64,000 nt of DNA from an uncultured Chloroflexia bacterium (lineage in GTDB: Bacteria; Chloroflexota; UBA6077; JACCZL01), in NCBI GenBank assembly GCA_963765765.1, contig CAVXYC010000030.1:192001-256000 (forward strand), written 5' to 3'. Below the pieces are notes generated by a model. That model was not told the DNA's origin and searched no databases. It worked only from the letters and a program-made list of their open reading frames with translations. The position numbers and the translations under genes were made by a program. Shown piece after piece: positions 1-10,121 of the stretch. Every line of letters starts with the position of its first letter. The stretch's first letter is position 1.

Positions 1-512
1 ATGTGGGTGCCAATAGATGACGAGAACTGCATGGTCTGGAACACTCTGTACCACTATCGGCCTGAGCCACTGACGAACGGTGACGAGATCGAGAGCAACT
101 CCGGCCGGGGCCGCAACGACTACACCCTGCCGGATCGCCGCAAGGTCCAACACAAGGACATTCACTGGGGCATCGATCGCGACATGCAGCGCACGCGTGA
201 ACTACACCGGCATCGTCGGCGCAAACGCGCAGGACCACGCGGTGCACGAGAGCATGGGACGCATCGTGGACCGCATCCAAGGAGCAGCTCGGGACGATCG
301 ACCGCGCGGTCATCGCCACGCGCCGATTGCTCATTGACGCTGCTCGCACCGTGGCAGCCGGCGGCGACCCGCCCGGCGTTGAGCCGAGCTACGCCCGCGC
401 GCGAGCTATTGAGAAAGTACTGCCCAAATCTGAGCGCTGGCAGGATGTCATGAGTGAGGATATCTGGGGTGAGTGGCGGCCGCGGCAGCTTGCCTCGGTC
501 GGGAGTCGCTGA
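1..512 (+). CDS. Rieske non-heme iron oxygenase alpha subunit, C-terminal part (phthalate 4,5-dioxygenase/LigXa-like); 5'-partial, frameshifted
   Basis: The pieces WVPIDDENC, NYTGIVGANAQDHAVHESMGRIVDR and LIDAARTVAAGGDPPG lie in three frames and match the catalytic domain of this Rieske group. Stop at 510-512. Confidence 0.8.
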
Positions 513-536
513 GTTAGATCGGAAAGGGAGCCCGTC

Positions 537-1756
537 ATGACGAGTTCAATAAGATCGATCGTTGGTCCGCTGCTCACGGCAGTCGTGCTGGTGACGGCCT
601 GCGCACCGGCGCCGAGTGCTACGCCTACCGCGGCGCCGGTCCCGCCAGTGGCGGCTCCCGCTCCACCCACCGCGGCTCCCCAAGCGGCCCCAGCCAACGC
701 GGCTCCGGGATCGCAGGCCGATTCAGCGAAGTCAGCAGCTCCTGCGGGGTGGGACCAGATCGTTGCTGACGCAAAGCGCGAAAAGCTTGTGGTGGTCACG
801 ACGCTGGGAGACAACGACAAGGAGGTGCTTTCGCGGTTCTCTAGGGCCTACCCGGATATTCCGGTGGAGCACACTGGCGCTCGCCCGAGCGATATCTCGC
901 CCAAGATCATCAGCGAGCAGCGCAACGGTGTGTTTGCCTGGGACGTGATGTACTCCAACGGCACCAGCAATATGCACGAGGTGCTCATGGGTGCCGACGC
1001 GTTTCAGGAGCTCAAGCCATACCTGCTCCTTCCCGAAGTGCTTGACGATAGCAAATGGAACGGCGGCAAAGCGCTGATGTTCACTTCCGAACAGAAGCCG
1101 CACATCCTCATTCACGAGCTATTCAGAACCAGCGCGTTGTACGTAAATCGGGAGAAGATCCGGCCGGCGAGCTAACGGATCCCAAACAACTTGGCGATCC
1201 GAAATTCAAGGGCAAGTTCGTGATCGACGATTGCCGGGTGGCGGCCGGTGGCACGTCCACCCTCATTGGAATCTGGCAGTACGGCGGAGAGTCATTAGTG
1301 CGAACGATCCTGAAGGATCAAGCGCCAGCATTCTCCGAGACCAAGCGGATCACGGCAGAGTGGATCGCTACGGGGCGGTATCCCATTGGCATTGGTATCG
1401 ATGAGCAGGAGCTCGCGAATCTAAAGAAGGAAGGCGTGGGCGACAGCGTTCAGAAGCTCGAGTACGACGGGGGAAACACCTCGGCGAACGGCATCGCCGT
1501 GTTCCAGAACGCGCCGCATCCGAACGCTTCCAGGGTGTTCGTCAACTGGTTCCTGAGCCGTGAAGGGCAGGTTGCCTGGTCAGAGGCATGGAGTCGGCCC
1601 ATCGACCGCAACTCTCGCCGAAACGACGTCCCGCTGCGCAATCCGGGTGCATATCCTGACCACACCAAGCTGGATCAGATTGCAATCTGGGGAACGGACA
1701 CGGGTACGAAGATCGTCAAAGCCGTGACGGACGCTTGCAAGGAGAACTACCCGTGA
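537..1756 (+). CDS. ABC transporter extracellular solute-binding lipoprotein (Fe3+/thiamine/polyamine-type); frameshift near 1165
   Basis: Lipobox LVTAC, Pro/Ala-rich linker, WDQIVADAKREKLVVV and C-terminal APHPNASRVFVNWFLSREGQ. ORFs 537-1175 and 1055-1756 join into one gene. Confidence 0.85.
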
Positions 1757-1763
1757 CGAATGC

Positions 1764-1821
1764 GGTAGTGCGTAGCGCCAAGCAGTCGAGCGATTGATGT
1801 CACTTGGCACTCCGCACTACC
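1764..1821. repeat. Imperfect inverted repeat between convergent genes (REP-like or terminator)
   Basis: ggtagtgcgtagcgccaag (1764-1782) pairs with cttggcactccgcactacc (1803-1821) at 17/19 positions. The arms begin GGTAGTGCG, like the doublet at 53073. Confidence 0.65.
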
Positions 1822-2709
1822 CACTCGCAGGGATCCATTGCTGGAACCACGCGGCGCTCTCGGCGAGCATTTTGGGTAGGTGCTCGGGAGCGTATGTCTC
1901 GTAGTGCTCCAGCCCGGGTAAGACCACCCACTTTTTTCGGCTCGCCCGGCACGGTCGTACAACTCGCGCGTAAGCTCGTTCAGCACCAGGCCGTCATTCC
2001 CGGCCACGATGAACAAGATCGGACGTGGGCTAATCTGGTGCACGATCTCGTCCGGTCGGAAATCGATGACCGCGCGGGCAGTCTCCAGCGGTATCTGACG
2101 GCACATGTCAGGGAACAGCGCGAGCGTTGCTTCGATGGCTCGTTCACTCGCTGGATCGGGAAGCATAAGGTAGGTCCGATCCACCATTCGTGACTGTCCA
2201 GCGGTCACCTGAGATCGCCAGTCTTCTTCGAGCTCGCGCTTCAGATCACGCCACTCCCAGGCACGCCGAAGACTTCGTATCCACCGCTCGCCGTTGCCAA
2301 CGGCCACCACGCTCACCGTACATGCCACGCGCCGGTCCACCGCCGCGACGTAAGCCACATTGGCGCCGCCGAAGCTGGTACCCCAGAGGCCGATGTTACT
2401 GCGATCCACCTGGGACAGCGTTTCGAGAAATGTCAGAGCATTGCGAATGTCCACGACCTGCTCTTGCGGGATCATCCGCCAGCGCGGACCCTGGCTCTCG
2501 CCGAAACCACGGTAGTCGATCGTCAGTGCGATGTAACCTTGCTGGGCCAGGTGCGCGGCCACCTCGGGCAGCACGCGGTCCTGGCTCGCGCCAAAGCCGT
2601 GGCATACCAGGACTGCCGGCCGCCGTTCATCTCTTGCGAGATGAGCGGGCTGATGCAGATAGCCCACAAGCTCGATGCCATCACTGTAGAACGCAACTCG
2701 TTCGGCCAT
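1817..2709 (-). CDS. Alpha/beta hydrolase; frameshift near 1945
   Basis: VCHGFG, DYRGFGES and nucleophile elbow GTSFG. The C-terminus EPKKWVVLPGLEHY...WFQQWIPASG* is in the shifted frame. Confidence 0.85.
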
Positions 2710-2855
2710 AGGGTGTCCTTATCCGTCTCCCGACCTAGATGGGACGGTTGGCCCGTCTTCCGCATGGGGACGGCGTGGGAATGTCGGCCCAAGTGATTAA
2801 ACGCCGCGGTGTGGCCGGTGAGCAATTGACTTGGACCGAGGCTTCGACTCACCGT

Positions 2856-3857
2856 CTACGTGGAGCGTGCTTCAGACGACGGTATTGCACTGGTGACCGC
2901 TTCCAGCGTTTGAGTGGTATACAACAGTACCGGCAGAGGGCTGGATCGGATCACTTCATCAGCGACGCTACCGGTAACGGCTCGTGAAAGCCCCCGCCGA
3001 GCATGGGTGCGCATCACGACGATGTCCGAGCGAAGCTCAGCGGCAAGCTTGAGCGTGCACTGCGCGATGCTGCTCGGCCCAAGGTTGTATTCCACGCGTG
3101 TTGCCACTTCAGCACCGCAATCTCCCAGTCTCTCCGACCAGTAATCAAGTGCATGTTCGAGCTCCTCGATGCGCTCATGCACGGGTGGTTGTGAAGCTCT
3201 GAGCGCGTAGTTGCCTCCCCCAATAGGCGTGATACCCATTTGCTCCAGCGCCCAGGCAGGAGGGGTGCCATCAAGGTCATCGACGTGGACGATCTGTGGT
3301 GGCAGGACAGCGATGAGATCGATGCGCTGAATACCGAACGATTCAGCGAAGCGTGCCGCCTCGGGAAGCATCGCGGCGGAAAATGGTCCGCCGTCAAGTG
3401 GGACTAACATTCGTTCGAATCGTGTGTCTGCAGCGGCCGCAGGGCCATACACGACCACGGGCTGTTTCGCTCTAGCTATTACTGCTTCAGCCAGGCTACC
3501 GTGCAACACTCGATCCATGCCCCGGCGCCCGTGCGTGGCCATGACGATGAGAGCTGCTTCTTCCGACTGTGCCTGAGATACGATCACGTCGACGGTGTCG
3601 CCGTAACGGGCGATAGCTGTCACCTTGACGCCAGACTGGTCGATGCCCGAGGCTACGGCATTCAAATATGACTCCGCTGCTTCTAGCTCGCGAACCTGCG
3701 CCGGACCCGTTGTCTCACGCGAGTCGGAATTGCCAGCAGATCGGAGCAGTACAAGTCGTGCTCGGTCGGAGTGCTCTTTTACGAGTGCCGTGACTGACGG
3801 GAGAGGAAGCTCGGCTTCCGTTGAGCCGTCCAGTGGGATCAGCAGAGTGCGGTACAT
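2856..3857 (-). CDS. Tandem universal stress protein (two USP domains)
   Basis: LLIPLDGS...LIVMATHGRRG...HGSLAEAV, then MLVPLDGG...VVMRTHARRG...GSVADEV. GGAGG precedes ATG 3857. Confidence 0.9.
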   Translation of the reverse strand: MYRTLLIPLDGSTEAELPLPSVTALVKEHSDRARLVLLRSAGNSDSRETTGPAQVRELEAAESYLNAVASGIDQSGVKVTAIARYGDTVDVIVSQAQSEEAALIVMATHGRRGMDRVLHGSLAEAVIARAKQPVVVYGPAAAADTRFERMLVPLDGGPFSAAMLPEAARFAESFGIQRIDLIAVLPPQIVHVDDLDGTPPAWALEQMGITPIGGGNYALRASQPPVHERIEELEHALDYWSERLGDCGAEVATRVEYNLGPSSIAQCTLKLAAELRSDIVVMRTHARRGLSRAVTGSVADEVIRSSPLPVLLYTTQTLEAVTSAIPSSEARST

Positions 3858-4069
3858 AAGTGTGTGCCTCCAGCATTCCAAGTATGTCACTCAGACTACT
3901 TCGCGCCCTACTCCTATGGATAGTGTCGGGATAGGCCATTGCCGAGTCCGCTCCCTGGTTCTCAACAATAACGATGCTTCGTGAGCGCATGGATTGCGAT
4001 CCAAGCCAGCGAGATTGGACGATGCCGGCGTCCCGCGACACAATAAGGACAGCTCGCCCTGGAGCCACC

Positions 4070-4864
4070 ATGCCCCACGTTGCCGCGCTCTATCGATACC
4101 CGGTCAAAGGGTTTACACCGGAATCGCGTGACTCATTGACCATACTGCCCAGCGGACAGGTGGAAGGGGATCGCGTCCTGGGCGTGCGGTTTGCCGATTC
4201 ACCCGCACCGGATGACGCCTGGGCCGCCAAGCGCGAGATGCTGGTGCTCATGAACACGCCGGGGCTAGCCCAGCTCGAGTTGCAATTCGACTCTGACCGG
4301 CAGCGCATTCGTATGAGCCACGACGGCATCGTGCTGCTGGACGCTGCGCTGGACGAAGCGGGGCGGAATTTGATTGGCGGTGTATTGGAACAATTCGCCA
4401 AAGGCCTCGGAGAGCAGCCGCTCCGCGACCATCCTGAGCGCCTGCCCCTGCGAGTAGTTGGCGACGGGCGAACGCCTCGCTATCACGATAACCAGGAGGG
4501 CCAGATCACACTCCACGGACGAGCGAGCGTGCAAGCGCTCGGGGCGGTTCTGGGAGACTCAGCTCTCAGCGAGCGCCGGTTCAGATCCAATATCGCCGTG
4601 GAAAGTCTGCCAGCGTGGGAAGAGCTGAGCTGGATGGGGCGAAGTGTTCAGATTGGCGATGTGACATTTAGCGTGGTGAAGGAGAAGGTTCGCTGCCTTG
4701 CGACGCACGCGAACCCGGTCACGGGAGAACGCGATCAGCCAGTTATGAACACGCTCGTCGATACGTTCGGACATGAGCAGCCGACGATGGGTGTGTCCCT
4801 TGTGCCGGTGGCTGGAGGCGGACAGGTCCGACTGGGAGACCAAGTACGCCTGGTCGATGCTTGA
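4070..4864 (+). CDS. MOSC domain-containing protein
   Basis: VAALYRYPVKG, GDR, RRFRSNI, RCLATHANPVTGERD, GQVRLGD. GGAG precedes ATG 4070. Confidence 0.9.
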   Translation: MPHVAALYRYPVKGFTPESRDSLTILPSGQVEGDRVLGVRFADSPAPDDAWAAKREMLVLMNTPGLAQLELQFDSDRQRIRMSHDGIVLLDAALDEAGRNLIGGVLEQFAKGLGEQPLRDHPERLPLRVVGDGRTPRYHDNQEGQITLHGRASVQALGAVLGDSALSERRFRSNIAVESLPAWEELSWMGRSVQIGDVTFSVVKEKVRCLATHANPVTGERDQPVMNTLVDTFGHEQPTMGVSLVPVAGGGQVRLGDQVRLVDA

Positions 4865-4901
4865 TCGACCAGGCGTACTTACGATCCCTTAGCCGCGAAG
4901 G

Positions 4902-5135
4902 CTAGCTGTTGTCGTCGTCCGAGTCGTCATTCTCGTCGTCGTCGTTGTCCGACTGTGCAAAGGCCGAAGATTGTGGCTGCGTCTGCGCCTGGATAACCAC
5001 GGCCGGAGCGGATGCTGAGCGTGACGTCGTGCTGGGCACCCCAATGTGAAGCATTCCAGAGCTCGTCGCTGCCATGAGGGCAACGATGGTGGCGAGAACC
5101 AATCCTCGCGCACACGTCAATAACGGCCATCGCAT
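4902..5135 (-). CDS. Small hypothetical exported protein with Asp-rich tail
   Basis: 77 aa with a signal-like hydrophobic N-terminus, a Ser/Thr/Ala/Gln stretch and the tail SDNDDDENDDSDDDNS. Confidence 0.55.
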   Translation of the reverse strand: MRWPLLTCARGLVLATIVALMAATSSGMLHIGVPSTTSRSASAPAVVIQAQTQPQSSAFAQSDNDDDENDDSDDDNS

Positions 5136-5239
5136 CTTCTGCTCGATTCTTAAGAGGTAGCCGCGATGGTACTCGGTTCAAAATACGAGGCAAGAATGAC
5201 CGGGTCTGTTCCGGTCGAGATGGCCCGCGTGGCGTGAAT

Positions 5240-5257
5240 GTAACGAAGCCGTAACGA
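5240..5257. promoter_or_regulatory. Direct repeat GTAACGA-N4-GTAACGA (possible OmpR/PhoB-family operator)
   Basis: Exact heptamer repeat with 11-bp period, about 105 bp upstream of the 4902-5135 gene. Confidence 0.35.
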
Positions 5258-5281
5258 GGCAGTTCGGGACACTCCTACCGC

Positions 5282-7414
5282 TCACCCGAGGACCGTGGAG
5301 CACCCGCTACGGCTCACCGCGAAGCCAAGGTCGGCCTGGTAGAAGTATTCGATGGGGCGCCACGGTGATGTGAGCGTATGGTCGAACTCCTCATCGAAGG
5401 CATCAGCCCGCATCGTTCCGAACCGCGTTGGGGACGATGGATCAACCTGTAGGTTAACGGCGGTGCGCCCCAGAACAGTGAGACTACCCGCGCTGATGTA
5501 GCCCGGGGGAGGGGGAACCGGGACGGCCAGATTGCGGTCGTGTGGCGATTTCTGAACCCTCAAGATGACCTCGGGGGGCACGGGACATCCTTGCGGACGT
5601 CGGAGATACCAGGCTGCAATCGCCGGACTCTCGTTGGTGGCATAGCTCACGGGAAGGTTACCTTGCTTCTGCAGCATCGATATTCCCTTCCAGCCATGAC
5701 GGTGGCTTGCGCCGAACACGCCGCCTATGGACCGTCCACTCGCGTTGGTCCAGTCCAGCCAGTGGCGCTGATCGGGATAGATCATCTGATACTCGGGCCA
5801 GCGTTGCACCAGGGTGACCCACGAAAAGTGTGTGAGAGCGATGATGAATACCGCTCCCCCTGCTGAAGCCAACCTTCGAATCGGGCCGGCCGGTACACAT
5901 CTGACCAGAAGTATCGCCGTGAGTAGCACAAGCGCAGGAAATGCCTCCCGCCAGTGCGTACCCGGGATGCGAATCAGAAACGCATGCACGATGAGCGGGC
6001 CAATGGCCCAGGCAATGGCGGCGCGCTGGGCGATTGGCGCCGCTCGAGCCGTGAGTACAACGGCCAGCGCGATGAGCAGCCCGGTAAGAGCAACCCCGGA
6101 CAATCGTGTCCAGGAGCCGGCCGCTGCCAGTAGGGCCAGCGCGATCGCGAAGAGCGCCACGCTACTTGGGACCTGGCGCAGGCGCTGAGCTAGCACGATG
6201 ATGAAAGAGAGAGCACCGCCCCCGACCGTGAGCACCAGATAGGGAGTAGAGAGGTAGTGGTTGGCGGAAGTGAGAAACTCGCTCCAGTTCCAGTAGGGTC
6301 GCGCTCCACCCAGGCGAGGACCGAGGTATGAGATCACCCCCCCAGTGCGGGCGCCAATGACTTCAACGACTAACACCAGAAGCACGAGCAGCGTGGCCAG
6401 CACGCCAGGCCAGACCCAGAGCGCTACCATCCGCCATCGATGATCTTCCAGGGCAACGAGTCGGGGACCCACGAAGATATCACCGGCAACACAAAGAACA
6501 TGGCCCCGAGCGCAATGAGCCCGGCGCTGCATAACAGCGTGCTCCCCGCCAGGGCCAGAGAGACCACCGGCTGCTCACCGCGTCCGAATCGAATACAGCA
6601 CATGAGCCCCAGCAATCCAAGAAGGAACGCCAGGCTGTCGTATTGAAGAATCCGACCGAACGCGACACTGTAACCATTGACCGCCAGAAGCAACCCAGCG
6701 ACCAGCGCTACACGCCAATCAAAGAGCTCGCGGGCCAGCATGTAAAACGTCACCACGGCGGCAACAGCCGAGAGCGCGAACGGAAGCCTTCCAGTGAGCT
6801 CGGTGATCGCCCCGAGCTGGCCGAAGAACGGCAATGTGACCAGGATCTCCCCGGGTACCTTGCGGTGCGCCAGGAGCGCATCGGGCACACCTTGAATGGC
6901 TGCCATCGCCCGTAGAAGAATGCGCGCTTCATCACCTTGAAACTCGCTCCAGCCAAGGTCCGATAGTCGAAGAAACCCCGCTAAACCGGCGATGGATAGA
7001 ACGGGCCAGCTCGGCCACGCCAACGGCATCTCCAGCCGAGCGCCGGATTTCACGGCAACGCCCAACAAGGCAAGCGTCAGCGCGTTCGCGGCCAGCGTGA
7101 TGTGCCAGCTCAAGATGGGCCGCGCCAATCCCGCCAGCGAGATGATCGTCAGCACCATGCCTAGAACCATGACCGCGCAGAACCCCAGACCCAGCGCGAG
7201 AAGCGCATTCTCTGGGGGTGCTACTGGGAGCGCGGTGCTCCTGGGGCGCGAAAAAAGGAGCCGCGCTATAAGCCAGCCCGGGATCAAGACGAAGAGCGCG
7301 AGGCAGCCAAGGAGGCGAATTTCGATGGTCGACCGGCGAGACCACTATGACATCGGACAGTGCAAGGACAGCCAGCATGACCGCGAGCGCAGGCTTATTG
7401 GCCGGCTTGACCAA
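5282..7414 (-). CDS. GT-C membrane glycosyltransferase (ArnT/PMT_2, GT39/83-like); frameshifts near 7320 and 6480; start uncertain
   Basis: LRLSDLGWSEFQGDEA acidic loop after a TM helix, GRLPFAL, ALVAGLLLAVN and many TM segments. ORFs 6424-7287 and 5282-6532 are contiguous. Confidence 0.8.
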
Positions 7415-7440
7415 GGGGGCGCTTAGGGCGCTGGCCGTAC

Positions 7441-9045
7441 TCAGAGCGCTGGCCGTATACGGAATACCAGCGTTCGCGACGTGGTATGGACCGTCTCGAA
7501 GCGCGGATCGTCCATCACTGCCTTGATGAACGCGGGGCGGTCGTTCTCCGTGAAGACGTAGTCCGCGCCAAACACGCTCTTGATCGTTTCCGAAGGCCCT
7601 GTCACCCGCCCCAATGAAACCTGCCGCCACAACGTAAAGAGTCGCGGGTCGTAGAGGGTCATATAGGTTGGGTCCAGGCCGAGGAGGTAGGTATTGTGGG
7701 TGTTCCAATAAAACAAGCGCGGAAAGTCGTCAAACCCAGGAAAGAAAACGCGTGATCCCGGCGGAGTATTGGCGGCAAGCCAGCTCGCCGCCGCGCGTGG
7801 CATCTCCCAATCCGGGGCGCTGCGCGCTTCTTGACGCGCGCGGTCGACGTTCCAGAGCAGCCCGGCCGCCACAATGAGACACAAGAGCGGCACAACCCAG
7901 CGCGTGACGCTCGCGGCGCGCGGAGTGTTCCAGCCGGGCAAAACCAATCCCGGGCGCGCCCATGACCAGGCGCAGAAGATGGCGGCGAACGGGGGCAGAT
8001 ACTCGATGATTCGCTGCGAGCGAATCGTCATCCCAAGGAAGCCAATAGCCAGACCACCGAGGGCAACACCTCGCCAATCGGGAAGCTGACGTCGCCAGAG
8101 TTGATAGATTGGTGGCAGCAGCCCGATGAGGCACATTGCCATCGAGGGGCCGACGCGTGCCGGGAATGTGTTCGCTGGGAACGGATACCACTCTCCTCCA
8201 ACCCGAACGTTTAGCTCTATGCCGACCTGCGCCTTGGGTAGCAGGTGCAGCATGGCAAACTCTAAGTGCCGCGGAAAGTACGGGTGCGTCACCAATCCCA
8301 GGCCGATACCGAGAGTCGCCGCTCCGCAGGCGAGTAGCGCCGGTCGCAGATCGCCCGCCATTGGCTGCCACTGCGACCGGAGCTCGGCGCTCGATCGCGA
8401 AACGAGCCACAGCACCAACAGCGCTGCCACCGCGGCAAACGGCATCGCAAGGATGAATGGAAAACCATCGAATAGCCAGGCGGCCGCCCAGCCGATAGGG
8501 ATGAGAAGGACTGGACGCCTGCTCAGCGCGGCCCAGGTTCCCAAGATCATGAGTGCCAGGAAGAGGCCCTGAGGGCGAGCCATGGATTGACGCCAAAGGA
8601 ATGTTTGCGACGCGGCCAGCATGGCGATGACCCAGAGCACCGGAAACCGCACCTGGTTGTGCGCAAGGAACAAATAGCTGATGTATAACCCCAGGGTCGC
8701 AAAAAGCACCGATGCCATCTTGGCGCCGGTGCGCGCGTCGCCAAGAGTAAATGGCACTTGCAGTGCGTGAAACAGGTAATGATGATCCGCATACCGCTCG
8801 TGGTTGAGGATCGTTAACTGCAGCCACGGGAATTCTAGCCGCGGCCCATGCTCGCGCATGAGAGCGGCCACACGGACGTGATAGTACCCATCGATGCCGA
8901 TGATGCTGGGCGTGGCGCTTTGAACAGCGCTGTAGACCGCCGCAATCAGCAGCAAGGTGAGGGCGCCCTCGCGACTTCGGAGCGCGGTCCAGACCGCACC
9001 CGCGACCCGCGAGACGCCGGATGGAGCGAGCGTTCGTGCAACCAC
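7441..9045 (-). CDS. Polytopic membrane protein, probable GT-C glycosyltransferase
   Basis: IDGYYHVRVA after the first TM, many TM helices, GGEWYP, and a soluble C-domain AASWLAANTPPGSRVF...GLDP. Confidence 0.7.
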   Translation of the reverse strand: MVARTLAPSGVSRVAGAVWTALRSREGALTLLLIAAVYSAVQSATPSIIGIDGYYHVRVAALMREHGPRLEFPWLQLTILNHERYADHHYLFHALQVPFTLGDARTGAKMASVLFATLGLYISYLFLAHNQVRFPVLWVIAMLAASQTFLWRQSMARPQGLFLALMILGTWAALSRRPVLLIPIGWAAAWLFDGFPFILAMPFAAVAALLVLWLVSRSSAELRSQWQPMAGDLRPALLACGAATLGIGLGLVTHPYFPRHLEFAMLHLLPKAQVGIELNVRVGGEWYPFPANTFPARVGPSMAMCLIGLLPPIYQLWRRQLPDWRGVALGGLAIGFLGMTIRSQRIIEYLPPFAAIFCAWSWARPGLVLPGWNTPRAASVTRWVVPLLCLIVAAGLLWNVDRARQEARSAPDWEMPRAAASWLAANTPPGSRVFFPGFDDFPRLFYWNTHNTYLLGLDPTYMTLYDPRLFTLWRQVSLGRVTGPSETIKSVFGADYVFTENDRPAFIKAVMDDPRFETVHTTSRTLVFRIRPAL

Positions 9046-9057
9046 GATCCTGAGGGC

Positions 9058-9570
9058 GTGCGGAGTGTACCAACGCCCGTGTGGCTGGGGCTAGTGCTCA
9101 CCGTGGCACTTGCCGTGCGCCTCTGGGGAATCACCTGGCAGCTTCCAGCCGTGCTCTACTATGACGAGCTGAAGTACGTTCAGTGGGCCTCGGACAATGC
9201 AGACGGCCGGCGCGTCGGCCCAACCGATTACCGGAATCCGTCCCTGCTATGGCACATCTCACCTTCGAATTCCGCCTGGCGCAACACCTGCGACCGATCT
9301 CGGACCCTCGCGAGCGAATCGTGTTTCGTATGGGACTGGCTCGGGTGAGTACTGCCGTGTTGGGCGCGGGGACCGTCGTGTTCGCAGCTCTGGCTGCACA
9401 CGCCTTGTTCGGTGGCCCCGTCGGCCTCATCGCCGGGCTTCTCCTAGCGCTCAGTCCATTGCACGTGCATCTGGCCCACATCGCCATCAACGACGTGCCG
9501 GCCTCATTCTTTCTTGCGGCCAGCCTCGCCGCCAGCGTGGTGAGTCTTCGCAAGCCCATGGTGCTGTTTC
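9058..9570 (+). pseudogene. N-terminal fragment of a GT39/PMT_2-like glycosyltransferase
   Basis: ALAVRLWGITWQLPAVLYYDE, YRNPSL, ARVSTAVLG, GLIAGLLLALSPLHV, INDVP. Frameshift near 9255; homology ends near 9570. Confidence 0.75.
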
Positions 9571-10115
9571 CCATTACCGCACGATGATCTTGGTCTATCT
9601 CGTGCTCGGGCAAGATCGCTATGGCGAGTACGACGCATATTACTTTCCCGAGTCGGACATCCCGATCTCCCGCTGCTCCGAGCCGAAGAACTATCGCGAT
9701 CTTCCGACGCCGTACGGCAAGACGGTTCTGTGCGCGGAGCTTCCGTGTGCCGTGGACGACCCGGTATGGAAGGCCGATGACCTATCGCTCGGTGAGCTGG
9801 TATGCGATCGTTGTCCGCGGCCGGCCAACCGGTGATGACGCCAATCCTTCAGTTCATTCACGCCGATTGCGCAACGCCTACACGATGTAGAGAATCGGCT
9901 ATAAAGCGCATCTAGATACTGTTGCGCGCTACTGTGAATCCATCGATAGATTGCTCACGTTTGGCCGTCAGGGGCTTTTCGCGCACGACAACGCGGATCA
10001 GGCACTGGAGATGGCGTACGAAGCGGTTGACTCTTTCGACATGAGCGGATCGTTCGACGCTGCTCGTTGGTCGAGATCGCTGGAACGGTTCGCCGCGCAA
10101 GTCGTCCAGGACTGA
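9571..10115 (+). pseudogene. C-terminal fragment of an FAD-dependent oxidoreductase (protoporphyrinogen oxidase/amine oxidase-like)
   Basis: YRTMILVYLVLGQDRYGEYDAYYFPE...SEPKNY...VLCAELPC, then RRLRNAYTM*RIGY...LLTFGRQGLFAHDN...ALEMAY. No N-terminal GxGxxG; internal TAG at 9888-9890. Confidence 0.7.
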
Positions 10116-10121
10116 ATCGCG

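Noticed and set aside
2710-2855. Riboswitch upstream of the alpha/beta hydrolase
   Set aside because: Short hairpins are present, but I recognise no aptamer consensus. An Rfam scan would be needed.
7730-9073. 447-aa alternative-frame ORF and similar long overlapping ORFs (15586-16617, 16331-17200)
   Set aside because: They have no family motifs and overlap well-supported genes. Such shadow ORFs are expected in GC-rich DNA.
9888-9890. In-frame TAG as amber recoding or pyrrolysine
   Set aside because: TAG is the normal stop for many intact genes here (e.g. 19558, 41536, 50452), and the affected region has other lesions.
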